A stretch of DNA of 64,000 nucleotides from Histomonas meleagridis 2922-C6/04-290x (taxonomy: Eukaryota; Protista; Parabasalia): assembly GCA_020184695.1 (NCBI GenBank), contig JAANOX010000249.1, positions 1-64,000 on the forward strand. The letters run 5' to 3'. A model generated the notes under the pieces. It had not been told where the DNA came from. It did not search any database and was given only the letters and a program-made list of their open reading frames with translations. The position numbers were made by a program, and so were the translations under genes. Shown piece by piece: positions 46,481-56,337 of the stretch (positions within the stretch are counted from its first letter, which is position 1; every line of letters begins with the position of its first letter).

Positions 46481-47425
46481 TTATGTTGATAAAGACCGTG
46501 GAAGCCCATATCTTATCCCACGCCTAAGGTGTTTATATAATGGAAGTAAATCATAAAAATAAAGCAATGCGAATGTCAAAGATGAAAAAAAAGAACTTAC
46601 TGAAATAACCAAAAAAAATATCTTAAAGAAATAATTATTACCACCAAACCACTTAAATCTCCTGATAACTATCGATTTTGTCCCTTTAAATGAGCTTACT
46701 GGATAATTGTTATCAATTTCTATTCTATGTTTTCCTTTCCTAATTATTATGTCTTCATCGATTTTACCCCAAAGCTTAAGAAAAGTTGGGAAAGGAGCAA
46801 TTCGAATCCAATTTAAGAAATGCTCATTTGTTTGTCCACCTGGAAAAAGTGATTCAGAAATCCAATGTTTTGCTTTTCCATAACTTTTGTGAGGTTGTTT
46901 TATTAGTTCTTTAAATTGTGGTTCGGATATATTTTTTTGGTTAAAATTTATACCTGAAAACTTAAAAGTATCATTAAATAAAGATAATGATACTGCACCA
47001 CATGGAACATATGTTGTAGTTTCATAACTATCCCCACTTTTTATCATCGGAAAACATTTTTGAAGTCCCATTTTATCTAAATGTTTTCCCATAAGTTGAT
47101 CATAATTTATTGATTTTAAATATTGAAATGAGTTTTGATATAAATTCGTGAGCTTATAATAAAAATACATTGGCCCTTTAACATCATCTTTAAATTCGAT
47201 ATAAATGACACACTTTGATGTGTTGCAGATTGAGCTATATTCTTTTTCAATATCATAACTTTCATTACTTGAAAGTAATATGTTAAAAGATAAAGATATT
47301 AAAGCAAATAAAAAATGTATAAATGAAACTGATATGGGCGAAAGGAAAGGACGGCAAGCAGGAAGTCTTTGTTGTTTAAACCTAGTTTGAATTTTTTTGA
47401 AATTTTCACTATAGATTTGATCCAT
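46481..47425 (-). CDS. CDC50/LEM3 flippase beta subunit
   Basis: RFKQQRLPACRP, MYFYYKLTNLYQN, PCGAVSLSLFNDTF, EHFLNWIRIAPFPTFLKLWG, NNYPVSSFKGTK and WFGGNN. Confidence 0.95.
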   Translation of the reverse strand: MDQIYSENFKKIQTRFKQQRLPACRPFLSPISVSFIHFLFALISLSFNILLSSNESYDIEKEYSSICNTSKCVIYIEFKDDVKGPMYFYYKLTNLYQNSFQYLKSINYDQLMGKHLDKMGLQKCFPMIKSGDSYETTTYVPCGAVSLSLFNDTFKFSGINFNQKNISEPQFKELIKQPHKSYGKAKHWISESLFPGGQTNEHFLNWIRIAPFPTFLKLWGKIDEDIIIRKGKHRIEIDNNYPVSSFKGTKSIVIRRFKWFGGNNYFFKIFFLVISVSSFFSSLTFALLYFYDLLPLYKHLRRGIRYGLPRSLST

Positions 47426-47718
47426 AACAATGAGTTTTCATCAAATTTTTATAGCGATAACCAAAGAAAATTTAAGAAAACTTATAAATAAAATCCGTTT
47501 TTTACTAAAAAGTTCTTACTTAAAATTCTTATTTATATTTAAACCTATAGGAACTAATATGATTACTTTAAATAGAATTTTCTAACACAAATGAAAATTA
47601 ATATAAAAAACCAATCACCATTAGTTTTAGAAATAAAAAGATTTTCCTACTTTAGCTATTACGTAAAGTAATGAAAAATGTATCGTTGTGGCTACTTTGA
47701 AGAAAGTGGCACTTTCTT

Positions 47719-48321
47719 ATGCTTTCCCAAAATTGTTCATTCTTCTCTAAAGTAACAAAGAAAGGAACTCTTCTTGATGGAAAATTTTCATTTAAGAACA
47801 TGGAACAGGTTAAAAATATATTTGCTTTGTATCCGAGTAATAAAAAAGCATCTGCAATTATCCCACTCCTTCATCTTGCACAAGAGCAAAATGGAGGATA
47901 CCTGAATAGAGGCGCTCTTGAAGAAGTTGCTAAGCTCACTGAAACACCACTTGGTCGCGTTCATGAAACAGCAACATTTTATTCTATGTTCAGATTTTCA
48001 AAGGCACGTAAGCACCTTGTAGAAAGGTGCAAAGGGTTGTCTTGTTATGTCAATCGCTCTGATGCCATAAAGAAAGCTATTGAAACAGCTTGTAATGGAA
48101 CATTTAAAGATGGTGGTTCCAAGGATGGAATGTTTGATTTAACAGAGGTTGAATGCTTAGGTGCATGTGCTAATGCACCAACGATGATTGTTGATGGAAT
48201 ATACTATCAAAATCTTACTCCAGAATCTATTGCCAAGATATTTGATACTATCAAAAAAGGCGGCGATCCATTGCCATTATCGGCAATTTACGCTAAGCCA
48301 AACAAACCATTAAATAATTAG
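47719..48321 (+). CDS. nuoE: Hydrogenosomal NADH dehydrogenase 24-kDa subunit (2Fe-2S)
   Basis: SAIIPLLHLAQEQNGGYL, ETATFYSMF, CKGLSC and VECLGACANAPTMIVDG. Short MLSQN..F N-terminal presequence-like leader. Confidence 0.93.
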   Translation: MLSQNCSFFSKVTKKGTLLDGKFSFKNMEQVKNIFALYPSNKKASAIIPLLHLAQEQNGGYLNRGALEEVAKLTETPLGRVHETATFYSMFRFSKARKHLVERCKGLSCYVNRSDAIKKAIETACNGTFKDGGSKDGMFDLTEVECLGACANAPTMIVDGIYYQNLTPESIAKIFDTIKKGGDPLPLSAIYAKPNKPLNN

Positions 48322-48366
48322 TAATCGATTACTTATTAAGGATATTTTATTCAATACTAAGCCAAG

Positions 48367-48672
48367 TTACTTATATTCACTGAAGTCTCCAGATTTATCA
48401 AGTAATAGGAAAGATTCTTTTTGTTTTCGCTTTTTAACTAAAATAACAATTACAATAACTGCAACTATAACGACGACACCACCAGCTACTCCAATAATAA
48501 TTTTGAGTGTGAGAGAAAGTCCTCCTGATTTTGATGAATTTGGCCATTCTGGTGTATTTGTTGGATAAGTTTGACGTAGAGTGGGAACATTCGTCCATTC
48601 TGGTGTTTCTGTTGGCCATTTTGAACAATTGGCTAAACCAATAAGACCAATGATGATTGCGAGATGTAGCAT
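48367..48672 (-). CDS. Small secreted/type I membrane protein with TETPEW/TNTPEW repeats
   Basis: 101 aa. Signal peptide, two T-x-TPEW repeats, TM, basic tail. Confidence 0.7.
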   Translation of the reverse strand: MLHLAIIIGLIGLANCSKWPTETPEWTNVPTLRQTYPTNTPEWPNSSKSGGLSLTLKIIIGVAGGVVVIVAVIVIVILVKKRKQKESFLLLDKSGDFSEYK

Positions 48673-49222
48673 TTCTTTTTTGAGTTTCTTGTTGTTTAAA
48701 GGGATAAAAGGGTAAAATTTTGAAGTGTTCCAAAATCGGTTCTATTTGACAAGACCAAATAGCAATTGAATTATGTTCGCTTCAACCCAAACGATAAGCT
48801 ATTTTTCACTTGGCATTTCTGCTATTTTCACTTGGTGTTCCAGGGTGTGTGATATTGACTTTTGATTTTTATTATTCGTATATAGCGATCATCCTACGAT
48901 CTTGATATTATGAATATATAATATATATACATAATTTCATCTATGACTAATGAAAAGCTAAAAATAATATTATGAATAACACGAAATAAATTTATTGTTT
49001 CATTCGGAAAGTGGCAAAAATCGACTTTTGCATAATTTACATCAAACGATAATGACAACGATAAGTGCCGATAGAAGATTCTTTGAATGATGGTAAATAT
49101 TATCAAATTTTTACCCTTTTCTCAAAATACGTTATTTAAAATAGAAAAGTGTATAGAATTTGTGGTAAACAGCCAATTAAATTATCCGTGGTTTTTAGGT
49201 AAAGTTAACCTGATTGAACACC

Positions 49223-52200
49223 ATGTCAAATGATATTCTCAAATTATATGACAAAGGCTCCATGTCTGTATCTGCTTCAATGGAATTGTTAGCGAATCTT
49301 GAGCAAATAATTTTTAATTTAACTCAAGAAAATATTGAATTAAGTGTAGACCAAATAATAAAATTATATGATTTAAGTTTTCCATATTCGTATAATTTAA
49401 TTATTTGTTATTTAATTTATTCAGCATTTTATTCGCAAAAAGAAGTTAATATTTTGTATTTAAACTTTTTAAAAATAATTCAAACTAAAGAAGAAGAAAT
49501 AATTAAAAACAATATAAATATTATTTCAATTTTCGGGGGTTATATAAGAAAAATCTATTGCCAAGACTCATATTATTTAATTGATAAAATGATCGAACTA
49601 AAATTAACAGATAGAAATATTATTGAAAACATCAAATCAAATTTTTTTGCTCATTATAAAAAACATACTCAACACACCAGGAATACTTTATTTGATATTA
49701 GTGAGGAACTTTCAAAGAATGATTTTGAACTTCATAAACAATATATTAAAGGAGGACATAATCCAAATGAAATCGCAAAAATAATTCGAAATGATGAAAT
49801 AGAAAAACTTCAAGAAATATCATCACAAACAAATTTTAATATTAATCAAAGAATTGAACCATCACTTTATGAAAGATGTTCATTTATTAACAAACCAAAT
49901 GTTACATTAATTGATTATGCAGCATTTTTTTCCTCTGTTAAATGTTTTAAATATTTACTTATGAATGGAGCAAATGTAATAAACACAGGTAAATATGCAG
50001 TTGCAGGTGGAAATGAAGAAATCATTCATTTATGTGAACAAAATCATTCTGTATTTGAAGATGTATATGAAACAGCAATACAGTTTCATCGAAATGATAT
50101 CTTTAGATATTTTTATGGAAATATACTAGATAAATTGACAATAGATCAGCTTAACACATGTGATCCTCAGGGTATTGTTGACGATGCTTATTTTCCTAGT
50201 GATGATATTAATAACAATTTGGGCTATTTGTGTATTCAAAATGGAAACTATGAAATTCTTATATTTTTACTTGAAAACTCAATAAGGGTCAATGAATTTT
50301 TGATAAATAACACAGCAAAATTTGGAAATTTATTTCTTATAAAACATTTTCTAGAAAATAATCAAATTTCAAAAAATAGTTTAATTTATGCAATGGAATC
50401 AAAAAATATTGAACTTATTAAATATTTTATAAAACAAAAAGGAATTGATATTAATGCTAAAGATATTTATTTGTTTTATTTAAAATTTATTTTAATAATT
50501 ATTTATTTCAAAATAATATTTAGAAATTATTTAAATTATGTAGAACTGTACTTATGAATGCATCTGAAAAATGTTATACAGAAATAGTTAAATTACTTCT
50601 TGAACAAGAAGGAATTGATATTAATGCTAAAGATATTTATTTGTTTTACTTTGGCTTTATTTAGGTAATTTGATATTTTAAAATAATATTTGGAAATTAT
50701 ATGAATTTTTTAGTACAGCGCTTATAATAACATCTAAAAAATGTTATACAGAAATAGTTAAATTACTTCTTGAACAAGAAGGAATTGATATTAATGCTAA
50801 AGATATTCATTTACTTTGTTTTATATTTATTTTAATAATTTGATATTTTAAAATAATATTTGGAAATTATATAAATTATTTAGTACAGCACTAATTTATG
50901 CATCTGAAAACGGTCACTCAGAAATAGTTAAATTACTTCTTGAACAAGAAGGAATTGATGTTAATGCTAAAGATATTTATTTGTTTTATTTAAAATAAAT
51001 TTTGGTAATTTTTTATTTCATAATAATATTTGGAAATTATATGAATTTTTTAGTACAGCGCTTATAATAACATCTAAAAAAGGTCTTATAGAAATAGTTA
51101 AATTACTTCTTGAACAAGAAGGAATTGATGTTAATGCTAAAGATATTTATTTATAATATTTAAGATTTATTTTAATAATTTGATATTTCAAAATAATATT
51201 TGGAAATTATATGAATTATTTAAAACTGCACTTATTTATGCATATAAAAATGGTCATATGGAAATCGTTAAATTACTTCTTAAACAAAAAGGAATTGATG
51301 TTAATGTTGAAGATATTTATATAAATAATTTATTATTTCAAAGTAATATTTGGAAATTATATAAATTATTTAGAACAGCACTAATTTATGCATCTGAAAA
51401 CGGTCACTCAGAAATAGTTAAATTACTTCTTGAACAAGAAGGAATTGATGTTAATGCTAAAGATATTTATTTGTTTTATTTAAAATAAATTTTGGTAATT
51501 TTTTATTTCATAATAACATTTGAAAATTTTATAAATTATTTAAAACAGCACTTATACATGCATCTGAAAAAGGTCATGCGGAAACAGTTCAAATGCTTCT
51601 CAAACAAAAAGGTATTGATGTTAATACTAAAGATATTTAAATGTTTTATTCATTGTTTGTTTTAATAATTTTTTATTTCTAAATAATATTTGGAATTTAT
51701 TTAAAATATACAAAACAGCACTTATACATGCATCTGAAAAAGGTCATGCGGAAACAGTTCAAATGCTTCTTAAACAAAAAGGTATTGATATTAATGCTAA
51801 AGATATTTATTTGTTTAATTTAGAATACATTCTAATAATTTAATATATCAAACAAATATTTGAAAATTATCTAAATTATATAATACGGCACTTATTTTTG
51901 CATCTGAAAATGGTTATACAGAAATAATTAAAATACTTCTTGACCAAAAAGGAATAAATATTAATGTTAAAGATATTTATTTCTTTTGCTTAAAATACCA
52001 TAATAATATTTGAAAATTATTTAAATTGTATAAAACAGCACTTATTTATGCATCAGAAAATGGACACCTAAAAATAGTTCAAATGCTTCTTGATCGAGGA
52101 ATAGATGTTAATGCTAAGGGTATTTAATTGTTTAATTTTATATTTATTTTAATTATTTTTTATTTCTAAATAATTTTTGGTAATAATTTATAATATTTAG

Positions 52201-52440
52201 TACAGCACTTATAATAGCATCTGAAAAAGGTCATATAGAAATAGTTAAATTACTTCTTGAACAAGAAGGAATTGATATTAATACTAAAGATATTCATTTG
52301 TTTTATTTTATGTTTGTTTTAATAGTTTCATATTTTAAAATAACATTTGGAAATTATTTAAATTATTTAAATCTGCACTTATGTATGCATCCTCAAAAGG
52401 TTATACTGAAATAGTTAAAATTTTAGCAAATAAAAAATAA
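49223..52440 (+). CDS. DUF3447-ankyrin gene C, interrupted by 12 non-canonical intervening sequences
   Basis: ORF to 50557 with YAAFFSSVKCFKYLLMNGA and KYAVAGGNEEIIHLCEQ. Twelve stop-free cassettes follow, ending at TAA 52438-52440. Confidence 0.85.
50465..52371 (+). repeat. Array C of ankyrin cassettes and intervening sequences
   Basis: Gaps in order: 80,80,80,80,80,60,80,80,80,60,80,80 nt. Internal cassettes are 90 nt (one 87). Confidence 0.92.
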
Positions 52441-52616
52441 AATTTGCAAACAAGATTTAACGATTTATGCGTAATATTGAAAAATATAGTAAACCTGATA
52501 AAAATATTTTTGAAAAATTTTGACTGGTGATTTTTCCGTAACGGTTATATTGAGAATCGATATAAACGGTTTCTTAGACTTCGAAAAAATTTATTAAAAA
52601 CATTTGGTTTGCACTT

Positions 52617-52661
52617 GGTCGGATAGCCGATGCCCATTTGGGAAACTATCTAATAACGACC
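52617..52661. ncRNA. GC-rich hairpin island, candidate structured ncRNA or regulatory element
   Basis: GGTCG/CGACC, GATAG/CTATC and CCCA/TGGG nested pairings inside very AT-rich intergenic DNA. Two AACGGTT motifs lie upstream (52540, 52565). Confidence 0.3.
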
Positions 52662-53335
52662 CACTCACCTCATGTTTTTGATCTTTTCTTTTATCTTTGA
52701 AAATTATAATTTTTAATATAAAATTTATTTTATTATCGATTAAAACATCATCCATATTGGGATCAATGTATTTCAAAATATATACGATCATGAGTTTTTT
52801 TGAAATTAACTCAATGATTAATTTTCTCACTCCCAATATTTCTCTATTATACTTTTATCTTTAGCATAATTTATACAGCTATATTGTGGATATTGGATGA
52901 TTTTATTTTTTATACATGAATTATACAATATCAAATTTATAAACATATTTATTTATCTTTTTTAAGCATAATTATGTTCATATAATATTAATATTAGTTT
53001 TTTATTTTTAGTGTTATTATCAAATATTTTATTGATACATCAATTTTCTTTTCTGAAAAAGTAATGAAATTTTCTCTCAAAAAGTTCGTATTATAATACG
53101 ATTTGCCCCAAAAATGTATTAATAAAATTTCATTTTTATTTTTCTCCAAATTCCGAAGACTGTTATGGTTGTTTGTATGTTTATATCAACTTTTGTTTTA
53201 CTTTTCTTTCTAGTGTTTCTTGCGAACATTTGATCTTCAAGTTGATTTTAATGTTATTAGCAATATATGCTTTATTTCTATTTCTTATTGAAAATGAAGA
53301 TTTGATGTAGAAGAGGAATCTGAATTAAAATTTTG

Positions 53336-55313
53336 TTAGTACTTTAAATATATATATATTTTTTTTTCATGAAGTAAATTTAATATATCTGTGTAACCAT
53401 TTTGTTGTGCAATTTGAATTGCTGTTTCAAATTATTAAAACATATTAAAAATTATTAAAACATATTCCAAATTATTAAAATATATTAAAAATTATTAAAA
53501 CATATTCCAAATTATTAAAACATATTCCAAATTATTCAAATGAATATCTTTTGCATTAACATCAAATTCTTCTTTATCTAAAAGTAATTTTACTATTTCT
53601 ATATTATTATTTTTAACTGCTATATGAAGTGCTGTTTCAAATTATTAAAACATACATAAAATTATTAAAACATATTTCAAATTATTAAAACATATTTTAA
53701 ATTATTCAAATGAATAGTTTTTGCATTAACATCAATTCCTTTATCTAAAAGTAATTTTACTATTTCTATATTATTGTTTTTAACTGCTATGTGAAGTGCT
53801 GTTTCAAATTATTAAAACATATTCCAAATTATTAAAACATATTCTAAATTATTCAAATGAATACTTATTGCATTAACATTAATTCCTTCTTTATCTAAAA
53901 GTAATTTTACTATTTCTATATTATTGTTTTTAACTGCTACATGAAGTGCTGTTTCAAATTATTAAAACATATTCTAAATTATTCAAATAAACATTTTTTG
54001 CATTAACATCAATTCCTTCTTGTTTAAGAAGCATTTTAACAATTTCTGTATGACCTTTTTCAGATGCTAAAATAAGTGCTGTATCAAAATTTATAATAAA
54101 AATTTAAATCGTATTTTAAAATATCAAATCGTTTTAATAAAATTCCAATAAAATTTTCAAACACTTCTCTTAAAATTAATATATTTATGATTAATAAGGT
54201 AGTCAAAAAATTCTTTCTCAATGGAAATCTCTGAAATCTCTGAAATCTCTAAAAAATTTAGTGAAATTTTTTTATTTCCGAGGAAATATAAAAAAATAAA
54301 AATATTTCCTGTTCTAATATAATTAATGATATGATTCTTATTGATATTCATTCCTTCTTCTTTTAAAAATGAAAGAAGATTAAAATTATCATGTAAAATA
54401 CATTCTTTTCCTAATTCTTCTAAATTATTATCAGGATTAATTTTATTTTCATAAATATATTTAAAGATATCATTTCGATGAAACTGTATTGCTGTTTCAT
54501 AATCATATTCGAATGATGAATGATTTTGTTCACATAAATGAATGATTTCTTCATTTCCACCTGCAATTGCATATTTACCTGTGTTTATTACATTTGCTCC
54601 ATTCATAAGTAAATATTTAAAACATTTAACAGAGGAAAAAAAAATGCTGCATAATCAATTAATGTAACATTTGGTTTGTTAATAAATGAACATCTTTCAT
54701 AAAGTGATGGTTCAATTCTTTGATTAATATTAAAATTTGTTTGTGATGATATTTCTTGAAGTTTTTCTATTTCATCATTTCGAATTATTTTTGCTATTTC
54801 ATTTGGATTATGTCCTCCTTTAACATATTTCTTATGAAGTTCAAAATTTTCAGAAAGATCTTTGAAATTATTTTCATTTTTGAATTTAAACCTTCGAGAT
54901 TGAAGTTTTATAAATTCTTCTTCTGAAACATAATGTATATAAAAAGGATTATTTTTATTTTGAATAATTTTTGGTCCTATTAATTTACTTTCAATCATTT
55001 TTTCAAGAAGATAATTTGATTCTTCGTTATTAATTGTTAATAAAAATTGAATAACAACATTAATTAAGGTATTATTCGATTTTATTTCTGCTTTCTGTAA
55101 ATACTTGATGCATAATTTTTCAAATCCTTTGGAAACAAAATATGAATAAATAATTCTGCTAATAATGTGAAGGAATGAAATTGGAAATTCTTGAGAAAAG
55201 TATTGAAAAGAAGATTCGACTGATTTATCAATATTTTCCTCATTTAAATCGAAAATAATTCTCTCAATAGCTTGTAATATTTGAAGGTTTTCATGAAAAG
55301 AAAAATTATACAT
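53336..55313 (-). CDS. DUF3447-ankyrin gene D, interrupted by 5 intervening sequences and an extra frameshift at an A9 run (54636-54644)
   Basis: ATG 55313. ORFs 54603-55577 and 54157-54606 join if the T run is 7 nt as in gene C. Five ankyrin cassettes follow, ending at TAA 53338-53336. Confidence 0.8.
53426..54162 (-). repeat. Array D: intervening sequences made of tandem 20-nt units (AATAATTTGGAATATGTTTT)
   Basis: Gaps in gene order: 54083-54162 (80), 53953-53992 (40; 1 unit), 53803-53862 (60; 2 units), 53636-53715 (80; 3 units) and 53426-53545 (120; 5 units). Confidence 0.93.
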
Positions 55314-55427
55314 GTTGTATTTGATAATCGCTTGACTTTGATTTCCCCCCACTTGAAATAAAGAACGGGTAACCGCTTTCCCGAAAATTTCACATGTAAA
55401 CGGTTTCTGTAACAGAAAGAAAAAAAA

Positions 55428-55973
55428 ATGGAAACAACAACAACGCAAGAAGAAACAAAGCCAATCGAAGCACCAAAAAATGAACCACCTCCTGTGGCTG
55501 AAAATACTGAAAAAAAAGAAGTTGGACCGCCAAAGCCCGAAGTTGTTCAAAAAAAGCCAATTCCAAAACCACAACAAAAGTTTATTGTTTCAAAAATATT
55601 AAAAGACCGTAAAAAGCAAGGAGAAGAACAGTTGTTAGTTGTTTATTCACATGAAAAATCCGAAAAAGGACATTGGGTTGCAAAATCAACAGTTGATAAC
55701 CCAACACTAATTGAAGAATACTTTGCACAAAAAGCCAAGGAGAAAGCAGAAGGAGCTGCTAAAAAAGGCCAAATGAGGCAACTTCAAGAAATATATGGAA
55801 TTGTTCCGAAAAATGGAAAAATCAGTCTTTTTGAGGTTAAGTTCAAAGATTCCGAAAAGAGGGAATATGTTCCAATTTCGTTGATGCACAAACATTATTC
55901 AAAAATGTTGATTTCATTTTATGAATCACATATTGAACCACAGACACCTACAATTGAGGAGCTTCCTCAATGA
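55428..55973 (+). CDS. HP1-like chromodomain + chromoshadow protein
   Basis: FIVSKILKDR..LLVVY..HWVAKSTVDNPTLIEEYF (chromo) and EIYGIV..LFEVKFKDS..YVPISLMHKHYSKMLISFYESHI (shadow). Confidence 0.8.
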   Translation: METTTTQEETKPIEAPKNEPPPVAENTEKKEVGPPKPEVVQKKPIPKPQQKFIVSKILKDRKKQGEEQLLVVYSHEKSEKGHWVAKSTVDNPTLIEEYFAQKAKEKAEGAAKKGQMRQLQEIYGIVPKNGKISLFEVKFKDSEKREYVPISLMHKHYSKMLISFYESHIEPQTPTIEELPQ

Positions 55974-56337
55974 ACCTTAGCATTAATAAAATTAATTTTT
56001 ATTCTTTGGTGTCACAATTTGCTTTGTCTAAATAATGATACATCACTAAATTTTTAACTTGAATTAATATTTTGAGATATCTCCTTTAACATTTATATAT
56101 CTTATCAAATAAATTTAACATTGGTTGTTATTTAAAAAGTATGGAAGAAAGAAAAATTTATTGATAAAATTTAATCAGAAGAAATAAATAGTAATATGGA
56201 CAAAAGGTCAATTCCATATTTATATATTAAACAAAATAAAACATACGATTTCATAAACAATTTATATGTGTGAACACATATTTTTACTATGAGAAAACAT
56301 ATAAATCCAAATTTAAAAGTTTATTTAACATAAAATT

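Noticed and set aside
50465-50544. Blocks as alternative polyadenylation cassettes (TAAA and Y-A(n)-AATT motifs)
   Set aside because: These motifs are trivially common at this AT content, and termination at the first block would not explain why downstream cassettes stay intact. Kept only as a secondary possibility.
53953-53992. Paramecium-style excision keeping one direct repeat (TA/TATTT/ATTTGAA)
   Set aside because: Collapse at these repeats leaves an 11-nt linker, which is out of frame.
55314-55577. N-terminal extension of ORF 54603-55577, and ORFs 55390-55572 and 55707-55895
   Set aside because: Antisense shadow of the HP1-like gene (W/F/C-rich).
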